A model generated the notes under the pieces. The model was not told the DNA's origin. It searched no databases and saw only the letters and a program-made list of their open reading frames with translations. This document shows, one piece after another, positions 16,142 to 26,160 of a stretch of 64,000 nt of DNA (the first letter of the stretch is position 1; each line of letters starts with the position of its first letter). The DNA is taken from NCBI GenBank assembly GCA_964016885.1, contig OZ024742.1:8060001-8124000 (forward strand), written 5' to 3'. This DNA is from Eledone cirrhosa. Lineage: Eukaryota. A program made the translations under genes and the position numbers.

Positions 16142-16594
16142 TGCATGCATTGATGTTCATAATCAGTATCTGTGGCTCTCTTCTATCCCGACTAGCTCCA
16201 AGTCTTGATAACTTAGTTGAATATTCTTTGCTAGAAAGATCTCATTATGAGGAAATATCTCTGCTGTATTAAAGATCTGCATATTTCAGCTGGTTAATAT
16301 TATCGGAAATGATTTCCTAGGTTGTTGTTTTACAAATTCAAGCAGTAGCAGAGGGAATTAAGTGCCTACTAATTGCTTGAATAATTTCAGTTAATCGAAG
16401 TTTTCCAACTACAAATATTACATATCTAAACGGCTGCTGTGTGTATAGTCATTATATATAAACATATGATGAACATATCTGCGAAATGTTGGCTACACAA
16501 CATGAAAATATTAACCAATTCCTAAAGATTCGCTGAATCACGTGTACGAAATTTACATTTTCAAAATATCTAATAATTAATATTATATTGATAG

Positions 16595-16597
<3 letters not shown>

Positions 16598-16686
<89 letters not shown>

Positions 16687-16721
16687 TTGTGTGTATATAT
16701 ATATATATATATGTGTGTGTG

Positions 16722-16752
<31 letters not shown>

Positions 16753-16952
16753 ACATATGTGTGTGTGGGGGTCTTTGTTCGTGCGTATGCGTGTGTGGAA
16801 TTAAACATAACAGGAAAACCAACGATCTTAAAGGGATTCAAAACATGTTTTACTCTACGTAACACATTCAGCTTCCCATCATCTTCTTTAATAGAAACTA
16901 AGTGGATAACCCCATTTATAAATCTTTGAGTGTATATATATGTATATATATG

Positions 16953-17044
<92 letters not shown>

Positions 17045-17355
17045 AGAGTATTGAACTTTTCTTGAAGCATTGGAAGTGGAATAATAAGATATATTTTCTT
17101 TTGGTCGTTTTGGAAGCCTCAACAATGCAAATGGGTAAATCTCCGGGTAAAAATATCCGGGGGTGAAGAGAGAGAGATGTAAGTGAATCTCCCTATCTCG
17201 TGTTATTATTTTTATTTTGTTCGCTCTTTCCTACGTTCTTATACACACTATACATCTCATTCTACATTCACTTACATCTCTCTCTTCACCACCGGATCTT
17301 GTTACCCGGAGAATTACCCATCTGCCTTGTTGAGGCTTCCAAAACGACCAAAAGA

Positions 17356-17394
<39 letters not shown>

Positions 17395-17453
17395 ATATAT
17401 TATATATATATATATATATTATATATATATATATATTATATATATATATATAT

Positions 17454-17485
<32 letters not shown>

Positions 17486-17491
17486 ATATAT

Positions 17492-17523
<32 letters not shown>

Positions 17524-17527
17524 ATAT

Positions 17528-17559
<32 letters not shown>

Positions 17560-17562
17560 ATT

Positions 17563-17598
<36 letters not shown>

Positions 17599-17617
17599 AT
17601 ATATTATATATATATAT

Positions 17618-17696
<79 letters not shown>

Positions 17697-17795
17697 ATAT
17701 ATTATATATATATATATTATATATATATATATATATTATATATATATATATATAATATATATATATATATTATATATATATATATATTATATATA

Positions 17796-17843
<48 letters not shown>
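16598..17843. repeat. Compound (TA)n/(TG)n microsatellite field (16598-16770, 16933-17041, 17357-17843)
   Basis: Directly visible; source of the YIYI-type spurious ORFs. Confidence 0.97.
17042..17357 (-). mobile_element. Probable decayed PLE pLTR remnant with ~95-bp inverted arms, inserted in (TA)n
   Basis: 17092-17187 is an imperfect reverse complement of 17266-17357; one-sided tail at 17042-17091; (TA)n on both sides. Same architecture as the ribozyme-bearing units at 21852 and 22514, but no clear ribozyme core here. Confidence 0.55.
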
Positions 17844-17845
<2 letters not shown>

Positions 17846-18295
17846 GGATTATATTCATAAAAACAAGACAAAAATCAAAATAGCAAAATATTTCTAACGA
17901 GATATCAATCCCTGCAATGGGTAAGTCGCATGATTTAAAAGACCGTGCTATATACCATTAGCGTAATATTAATATACACGGAAGAAAAAATAGTGATATG
18001 GAAGCTGAATCCTTCCAAAAATATGTAAGGATTTCCTGAACTATTGGCTCATTCACAGACAAATAAATCTCCTATCCTGTCTGTAAATATAAAAGAATAA
18101 ACAGATTCGAGAGGCACAACATCAGGAAATTCTAAAGTATAAATGACTAAACAAAATATCTGTGATTTTACTTTGAATGTATATATTTATAGAAAGGTAA
18201 CGCCCGACTAAAACCAACGAATCCCCAAGTCTGAACACAACCAATTTCTTTCACAACAAGATAAAGTGTAAGAAAGAGTTATAGAGTGTGAATAG

Positions 18296-18380
18296 ACCAC
18301 AATACTGGACTGGTACTTTATTTATCGACCTGTAAAGAATGCAAACTAAAGATGACCATTGTGAGATTTGAATTCAGAGC
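18296..18380 (-). mobile_element. Decayed SINE fragment (same family as 18580-18770)
   Basis: CTGGTACTTTATTTATCGACC...GAGATTTGAATTCAGA is the reverse complement of the family core. Confidence 0.6.
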
Positions 18381-18579
18381 GCAGCCGGATCGAATAACGT
18401 AAATCATTCCATTCCATGTTCTAACGACTAACACCTCTTCCCCGCTTATTATTTCGATATTTTACTTCAAATATTGGCTTAGATTTAACAACTAGCAAAG
18501 ACAGTATATGTTAGCCACAGTAACACTTCTTCGTAGACGTGACTCAATCCGTCTCCATTATATCTCTTGGCTATTATTT

Positions 18580-18770
18580 GGATTGGCAGTATTGGTAGAA
18601 GGTCTGACGCCATGCTTTGCAGCAAAGAATTATGGCCCTTTATGGTCTGAGTTCAAATCCCGCCGAGGTTAACTTTGCCTTTCATCCTTATGGGGTCGAT
18701 AAAATAAAGCACCAGCGATACACAGGGATAATTGCTGCCCTTGTGCCAAAAGTAGAAACAATTATTTATC
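18580..18770 (+). mobile_element. tRNA-derived SINE with a central GCCTTTCATCC..GGTCGATAAAATAAAGYACCAG domain (Meta-domain-like)
   Basis: B-box GAGTTCAAATCC. Near-identical copy at 58150-58285 and diverged copies at 18296, 41040 and 59430. Confidence 0.8.
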
Positions 18771-19356
18771 AATAAAGTTATCATTGACAAAATGATCTTA
18801 CACAGATAAATGTGGACACACGGATAATATTTTTGTCTGGCGAACACACACACTCACATACTCATACACACGCACACACACAGACAACCACATATAGAGA
18901 CAGAGAGATGTATATATATGTATATATGTGTGTGTGTGTGTGTAAACGTATACATATATTTATTTATTCAAAAGCACCAAACTCACCTCTACTTCCTCAT
19001 AAGCATGATACTAATAAGACTTTGTGTTTTTGCATCTCTGTGTTTGTGTTGTCATTTCTTTATGATGAGGTAATTATTACGCTAAGAGTTTCCTGCTGTA
19101 TTTCAGAAGGTTATAGGCCTAAAGCTACCAATCAATAATGGGTAACGCCGCCGCCCATCATCCGGAAGATGCCGGATTCGTTTAATGGCAGGCGGCTCTG
19201 TCTTCTTTTTCTGGCTCCATAATAGTCTGAAGCTTACAATCTAAAGAGTTTAATGTATGGCGATTGTTCTTTCTTTTATTCATATACTTACTTCTATCGT
19301 TGGACATTGACTACTCTGTAGTAGCACTTTCAATTTATACTGGTTGACTGCTGACT

Positions 19357-19650
19357 GTGGAGGCGTGTGGTCTAGTGGTAAGTGTGTTAGTTTTATGATC
19401 AGAATATGGTGGGTTCGATTCCTGGACTGGGTTATGTGTTGTGTTCTTGAGCAAAATGCTTCATTTCGCGATACTCCAGTATACTCAGCTGAAAATAAGA
19501 ACCATTAGTAGCTGAGTGTTTAACACTGTGATGGACTGGCATCCTCTACATGGGGTGGAGGCAGCCTTGTACTCTCAGTCACTTAATGCCATGGGACCCG
19601 GGATAAACACCAGTCTGGGGAGCCTCACGAATCGAGACTGACTTTAGATT
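19357..19650 (+). mobile_element. tRNA-derived CORE-type SINE
   Basis: A-box TGGTCTAGTGG, B-box GGTTCGATTCC, then CORE-like TGTGTTCTTGAGCAAAATGCTTCATTT...CTCAGCTGAAAAT. Confidence 0.75.
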
Positions 19651-19740
19651 TCTTCCAGTTTGAATATTTATAAATATATATATTTTTATATATATATATA
19701 TATTTTTTTTTATATATATATATATATATTTTTTTTCTTA

Positions 19741-19886
19741 TACCATTTTAAAGGGTCCGTCGAGCTGCCGATTATTGAGTCGGGTAAGATCGATACAGAT
19801 TGAACCTTGAGCTGATCAGTGGCGAAACGCGCGTCACCTACCAATAAATGTAATGAAGGAGTAACCAATCGTCCTTGTTATCCTTT

Positions 19887-19890
<4 letters not shown>
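19741..19890 (+). mobile_element. PLE pLTR-like 3' fragment ending in (TA)n
   Basis: Nearly identical (reverse complement) to 42060-42208. Contains CTGATCAGTGGCGAAACGCGCGTC then AATAAA, resembling the minimal hammerhead region of PLE pLTRs. Confidence 0.65.
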
Positions 19891-19975
<85 letters not shown>

Positions 19976-19977
<2 letters not shown>

Positions 19978-20190
19978 ATCTAACGACAGCAACAGTTGAC
20001 TGATAAAATGACATGTCAGTCAATCATATTGGTGGCCTCCCCACAGACCCGGTGGACAGAATGGAGAAGGCGTTTCCCCGGAGGACGGCAAGGGAGACGC
20101 GCTGTCTCACACCTGCGGTTGGCCAGCTCGTTACTGGTCTTGCTATTGTTCACCCCGGGGAAACGACAGTCCACCCCTATCTCTGCCATA
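19976..20190 (-). mobile_element. Decayed 3' fragment of a CRE-type LINE
   Basis: Homologous to 21240-21390 (GGCGTTTCCCCGGAGGA..GCAAGGGAGACG, CTCACACCTGCGG), with an internal deletion. Confidence 0.65.
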
Positions 20191-21224
20191 TTCGATCTAA
20201 GAACGTATAGTATCCTAAACAAATGTCATCATAGTACTGTAGTAATTTTGGCAGTCATCGCTGATGGTTATATTTCCGTATTAAACATTGATATCCATAG
20301 AAAACATGACCACTATAATATCGATATCGAAATGTTCATATGAGATTTCATTTAATTTTAAAACCTAATTTGATTATGTTGAATTATGAGGAAATCATGT
20401 GTAAACCGTACGACAGAATTGTACTGGAGATGTTTAGTCAGTAAACAGCGAACGAAGTATTGTATGAAACCAAATCGGTATGTCATCCACTTAATATGCT
20501 TCATTTGAAATGATTTCAACATTTCCAAACGGGCTGCTGTTTATTGTTATTTATATTATTTTCATTTTATTTTTATTTATTTATATTTATTGGTTTGTTT
20601 ATTTTGTCTTACGGAGAGTTAACCAATTGTATGCGACCTTCTCATAAACCAAATAAGCGAATAAATCTTCATTGGTAAATATGCCAAGCATGTCAATGCA
20701 GATCTCAAGTAAAAGATAAAAAGGGTTTCAATAAGGGAGGAATGTATAACTGAAGTTTATGAAGGATGCAATAAATTCGAAAAGATTCGGATTAACATAA
20801 AGGGAACTCCATGTATCGAGGAAATAGGAATATTATTTCAAGACATCGGTTTGACTAAGCAATGAGTTGGAAGATTGTATTTTTATAAGGTGAACAATTG
20901 ACTGATCAAACGGCATAGTTTTCTGGAAGAAACTCCAATTCATTCGTTAACTTCCACGTCCAATAACTACACCCAGCTGTCGTAATTGACTCAGCTAGAT
21001 TTGAAAAAGCCACATGAAGCCATTAGAGGCTAATATATATATATAAACAATCTATATTTAGAATTTGTTATACTTGGGGAGGGTCATGTTGTAATAATAT
21101 TGCCAGAAATAATAACAGAACACACTCAATGTTTGGTTTGGGTTGGTTTTCGCTTCTGTATCTTTTATATCTCCATAGTTAATTTATTTGGCAATCAGTG
21201 TTTATTATTGATTGACTAACGGTT

Positions 21225-21560
21225 AAAAATAGAGATATAAAGTCAGTCAATCATGTTGGTGGCCATCCCACAGCCCCGGCGGAGAGAATAGAGAAAGCGT
21301 TTCCCCGGAGGATAGCAAGGGAGACGCGCTGGAAAAGCCATTCCAGCGCGTGGGGCTCACACCTGCGGCTGGCCAGCTCAGCGCCTATGGTGGCGAGTAG
21401 GAAGGTAGCCCTAGGGCCGAGGACACCAGAAGTCTCCACTGCCAAGGGTACAACTGCAAACCTGTCGGAGAGCGACCAGTATTTGAAGAGTTTGATCTCC
21501 TCAGCCCGACCTGGTGCAGCAGAACCTGGGTTAGTTGCAGACTGCACCAGGTTGCGGCTA
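21225..21560 (-). mobile_element. 3' fragment of a CRE-clade non-LTR retrotransposon (restriction-like endonuclease C-terminus)
   Basis: ORF 21251-21547 reads VPLAVETSGVLG...LFQRVSLAILRGNA, matching the typical CRE-clade C-terminal motifs. Confidence 0.8.
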
Positions 21561-21781
21561 GAGAAAGTGTTAGACAGCTTTCATATACTATTAATGTAAT
21601 GCATTCGTTGTAACTCTTATCACCAAATGCACAGTAGCTGTTCGAATGGGAAGACAATCGAAATCGAATCTCTTATCAATACAATAAAAATTGGTAAAAC
21701 TTTCCGAAAAGTATCTGCTTGAGTCTGCTAGGAGGAAGAGATACCAATAGTCATATATGTACTTTTCCCAAACACCCCTCC

Positions 21782-21851
<70 letters not shown>

Positions 21852-21858
<7 letters not shown>

Positions 21859-22260
21859 ATCAAAAGATGGTTAAAAGGGTTCCATGTATTTTATTATGAG
21901 CATTTCAAAAATAAATATCATCATGGGATGATATTTGCGTTCTCATCAGATAAAATAGGGAGACATGATATGAAGCTTAAAAAACACTTGCGAGAGGTGA
22001 AGTGTTAAATCTACATATTCAACACTTCACTGCTCGCAAGTGTTTTTAAGCTTCATATCATGTCTCCCTATTTTATCTGATGAGAACGCAAATATCATCC
22101 CATGATGATATTTGTTTTTGAAATGCGCATAATAAAATACATGGAACTCTTTTAACCATCTTTTGATCTTATATTATTTATACTCCAGTCCTATAAACTG
22201 TTCAGTGCTACTTATCCGATATTTGCATTGCTTTATTGTGCTACAATAAAACTCACCTCC
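21852..22260 (+). mobile_element. PLE pLTR remnant: ~158-bp inverted arms (21852-22010 / 22017-22174) plus 3' tail, in (TA)n
   Basis: Long imperfect palindrome read directly; hammerhead core in each arm; (TA)n on both sides. Confidence 0.8.
22069..22139 (+). ncRNA. Type I hammerhead ribozyme (partly decayed); mirror copy on the minus strand at ~21890-21955
   Basis: TTAT-CTGATGA (22077-22083), stem II CAAATATCATC-ccat-GATGATATTTG, GAAA (22120-22123), then ATAA. The mirror copy reads GAAA-TGC-TC-ATAA, restoring an NUH site. Confidence 0.7.
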
Positions 22261-22281
22261 TATATATATATATATATATAT

Positions 22282-22473
22282 ATAGGAACAAGTAAGACCC
22301 CGACGGCTGAGCTCAAGCCGTTTCGACGGCTAATTCTGTACAGAATTAGCCGTCGAAACGGCTTGAGCTCAGCCGTCGGGGTCTTACTTGTTCCTATTAC
22401 CCACTCTACTACCCTAAGTATTGAGTACTTTGGTGCGTTATGGTCCACCTGGTTCCTTACCACATTTCCTTCG

Positions 22474-22476
<3 letters not shown>
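22282..22476 (+). mobile_element. PLE-like remnant: perfect 116-bp palindrome (22282-22397) plus tail, in (TA)n
   Basis: Palindrome centred on TGTACA (22337-22342) with no spacer; contains hairpin + CGAAAC; (TA)n flanks. Confidence 0.65.
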
Positions 22477-22513
<37 letters not shown>

Positions 22514-22517
<4 letters not shown>

Positions 22518-22881
22518 CAGGAAAGAAGAGTGACACGGTTTGCTATACAAGCTCTGATGAATTGACTGGTTATAACTATGTATTGGTGATCGAATGACGC
22601 GAAAACAAGCGGGTAGCGATCTCTAGACCTACCAGTTCAGAGAAACAATTGTCAGCAATGAGATTAAAAACCTTTTTGTATAGCAAACCGTGTCACTATT
22701 CTTTCCTGATTTAACATTACTCAAAGTGTTAACAACATAGAAATCACCGCGTACTCGCAACATCACTATGGAAACGCCTTGTTGAGTCAAACTAAGCCAA
22801 ACATTGATATCATCCACTACCCGGAGTACCCTAACTGGACTACACCTAAGTGGACTACCTATAACAATAATCTGTTATCCC

Positions 22882-22882
<1 letters not shown>
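22514..22882 (+). mobile_element. PLE pLTR remnant with ~36-bp inverted arms (22514-22550 / 22677-22713), hammerhead and tail, in (TA)n
   Basis: Inverted repeat read directly; canonical hammerhead core between the arms. Confidence 0.8.
22551..22656 (+). ncRNA. Type I hammerhead ribozyme with intact core and enlarged stem II
   Basis: GCT-CTGATGA (22554-22560)...GAAA (22642-22645)-CAATTG-TC-AGC. Stem I GCT/AGC, palindromic stem III ACAATTGT, GUC cleavage triplet, stem II base TGACTGGT/ACCAGTTCA. Confidence 0.8.
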
Positions 22883-22974
<92 letters not shown>

Positions 22975-22977
<3 letters not shown>

Positions 22978-23766
22978 TTGTTTTTGGTATTATGTGGTTA
23001 GGTTTACCTGCCGCAATTTTCAATTTGTCAAGCTGTCTAAACGTATGTTATTACTCTAAGGCCTACCTTATTGAGTGCTTTGCTGCTCATTCTTAATTAT
23101 ACGTCATTCGCTTGGCCACAGCCAACGCTTCGATTTTACTAAGCTTCCACTTGTATTATTATCTCCTAGACTTAATGATTAACTAATTAATTTAATTAGA
23201 CAATTCCTTTGATTGGTTAATTATTTATGTTTGTTTAATAACGCCTAGACGAGAGCTTTTCATTCGGAATCTGGAACAGAATTGAATCCGTTGTTCACAC
23301 GTTGAATTTACCCATCAAAATCCGGGGGTAACTCCCCTTGTTGGAAATAACACGTGGCAGTGAAACAGTGGGAGCTACAAATGATAGCAGTTCAGTGTTC
23401 CAGTCGACACAGGCTTGAGGCATAGAACGTCCTGTTGACGCCGTGAATCCTTGTTCGATCATGGAATACCACAGGCTTGCATGTTACGTAAGCTGGATGG
23501 ATGATATCGAATTCATAGAAACCTATCGAAAATATTGCAAAATATCGTTCGATATGTCCAGGTCAGTTGTTTAACCTGATTAGTTTCTTCGTTGTTTTTG
23601 GTATTATGTGGCTAGGTCTGCCTGCCGCAATTTTCAATTTGTCAAGCTGCCTAAACGTATGTTATTTCTCTAAGGCCAGACCTTATTGAGTGCTCTGCTG
23701 CTCATTCCTAATTGTAGGTCGTTAGCTTGGCCACAGCCAAAGCTTCGATTTTACTAAGTTTCCACT

Positions 23767-23769
<3 letters not shown>
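22975..23769 (+). mobile_element. Element with ~180-bp diverged direct terminal repeats (22975-23155 / 23590-23769) in (TA)n; probable non-autonomous partial-tandem PLE
   Basis: Both repeats start TCGTTGTTTTTGGTATTATGTGG and end TTCCACTTGTA; no ORF inside; shares the GAGTGCT tail motif with neighbouring units. Confidence 0.55.
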
Positions 23770-23816
<47 letters not shown>

Positions 23817-24895
23817 TGAGTGTGGGGGTGGGGTGGCTGTGTGTGTGTATACAGTATATATATATATTTCTTTTCCTTCTGTTCTATCCTTTTCTTTGGA
23901 CGTGACTATCACTTCAACAACTTCCTCATCATATGTCGTATAATATACATTGTATTTCAATTAATACAGTATTGATTAGAATTACTAATTATTTTATTAT
24001 CACTAAACCTCAAAAATGTATTCTTTTAACAAATTACGTAAGAAGATTTTATTTCGAATAGGATCCCTATAAAATGTGTGGTTTTCTTTCATATATAATT
24101 TGTTCAGGTTTTCTGAGTAATAAAACTGAAAAGTGTAGCTTATATTTAATAAATCAGTAGTTGTATATATTTAATAAATTAAAGGGATGATGTTAGGGAG
24201 GATTATCAGTTGTAGCTCACAATGTTATGTTATATAGGAGTATAGTTTACAACATGTCAAGTAGTATAATAATATAATGACTTTTACCATGACATAATAC
24301 TTTATTAAGCCACTATATATCAGCATGTTGTATTACAAGTGGCTTCAATAACAAGATTATTTAAGACCATCATCAGTGATAAAATGAAAATTCTATTCTA
24401 ACTAAAATTTGAATAAATGGATCCGTCTGATGTGATTAAAAGATGAGAGAAAAGTTTTAATATCTCGGCTAAGACAGTTTTGTTTTTATTCTTTGTTCCA
24501 TTGATTAATTAGCTTCTTTTAAGCACAAATTTATCCATGAAATCTCATTATAACATCGTTTACATCTCATAATTCAATAAAAAAAATATCTTTCTCTTTT
24601 CAGCAAGAAGTTTAAAAGCAACAAAGAACCACAAATCTCTTTAATATTTCCGTAGATAAAGAATTAGAACTTTAAATCTTACAAAAATTCAAAAGAAGTA
24701 GGGAAAATAATACACACGTCGGCAATTCTATTTCTAAGTCTAGTCACATTCCCTACTTTCGCTACGGCTGTTTACAATGATTAAACTAAGCCGTACTAAT
24801 TGGATATCAATATTTCGTAAACTATTTCCACAAAATTACATCCATTTGAACGAGAATGTGTGATGTTCAGGTTCTCGTTTTCCTTATTTTCTTAA

Positions 24896-25208
24896 CCCTT
24901 TAGCATTTAAACCGGCCATATCCGGCCATATCCGGCCAACATTCTCTCACCTCTTTCTGTTTAAACTGACCATATCCGGCCAAAATTCTCTCACCTCTTT
25001 CTGTTCAAACTGACCATATCCGGCCAGAATTCTCTCACTTCTTTCTTTTTAAACCAGATATTACTGGTTACTCATACTGATGTTAAGGTATTGTTCTCAA
25101 AATAAATAACATTAAAATCTCATAGATTCGATATTACGTGAGATAATTATGTAAGGTAAAGCCCTTACCACGGAAACACAATAGTAGAGTAATGGAAATG
25201 CTAAAGGG
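24896..25208. mobile_element. piggyBac-type MITE (313 bp)
   Basis: TTAA on both sides (24892-24895, 25209-25212); 13-bp TIR CCCTTTAGCATTT; internal ~43-bp tandem repeats containing CCATATCCGGCC. Confidence 0.85.
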
Positions 25209-26160
25209 TTAAGGAAACTATCTGGGAAAATGAAATGAATTTATTTCATGGGAGAATCAAAAGCCACATATACATTTCTCGGACATGTAAAATATTCTCA
25301 AAATTCTTGTTCCAAAATATTGATACACTAGAAACAAAAAGTATGAGAAATTAGTAGGTACTATCAGATCTTAAGATTCTCTTCTCCAATCTTTCGCATC
25401 AAGAACCTGTTTAGCAAGAATGTCGCTAAACATACTTAGTTGTACACATATGACCAACACGGACGACGGAACGTAATCAAGTCTTCCTCTGAGATATTTC
25501 ATATATATATTATATTCATTTCTCTCTAGAATGCCAGATTAAATATCTATAAATTGTTTCATTTAAAGCCGAGCAAACTCAAACAATTTGTTGATAATTC
25601 TATTAAAGACGACAGGAAAACACAAGGAAAACTTGGATGTACGCAGAAATGAATCAAACATTGAACATTCAACATTGGCTGTGAACGGGGTTCTACCATA
25701 ACAGCCATAGCTGCAATGGCAAAAAGAAACTAAAGAGCTTGATTTCCAAGTTAACTTACTTTTAAGATATATGTAGTTATTAGTTGAAAAAATATATAAA
25801 AATTAGGAAGATATATAGATAGACAGAGAGTCAGACAGATCAATAGATAGATAGTGAGATAAATAGATAGATAGTTAGTTTGTTGGTTAGATATCTTTTA
25901 GTTAGATAGATAGATAAATTTCTTTATTAGCCACAAGGGCACAAAAGAAGAGGACAAATACAAATGGGGAGTTTACATACAGGTATATGAAAATAAAACT
26001 ATTAATACAATAACAAATAACAATTGAAATCCCCAATAGGGGGGGGGGGTGTTACACAGGGGTTGTACACACCTCCGAAAAAATGTACAACCCTCATCTC
26101 CAGGAGCACCAATAGTGAGTACTCCCTTCCTCTCTTCCTCTCTTCCTCTTTTTCCTCAAC

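Noticed and set aside
16452-17883. ORFs rich in [16 protein letters not shown] or poly-His/Gly (also 21591-23096, 41125-41450, 43744-44220, 55502-60054)
   Set aside because: These are translations of microsatellites, which lack stop codons by composition.
19357-19435. tRNA gene
   Set aside because: A and B boxes are present but there is no cloverleaf, and the sequence continues into a SINE body.
24590-24720. Strong acceptor TTTCTCTTTTCAG at ~24603 as a coding exon start
   Set aside because: All three frames stop within ~55 nt and no convincing donor follows.
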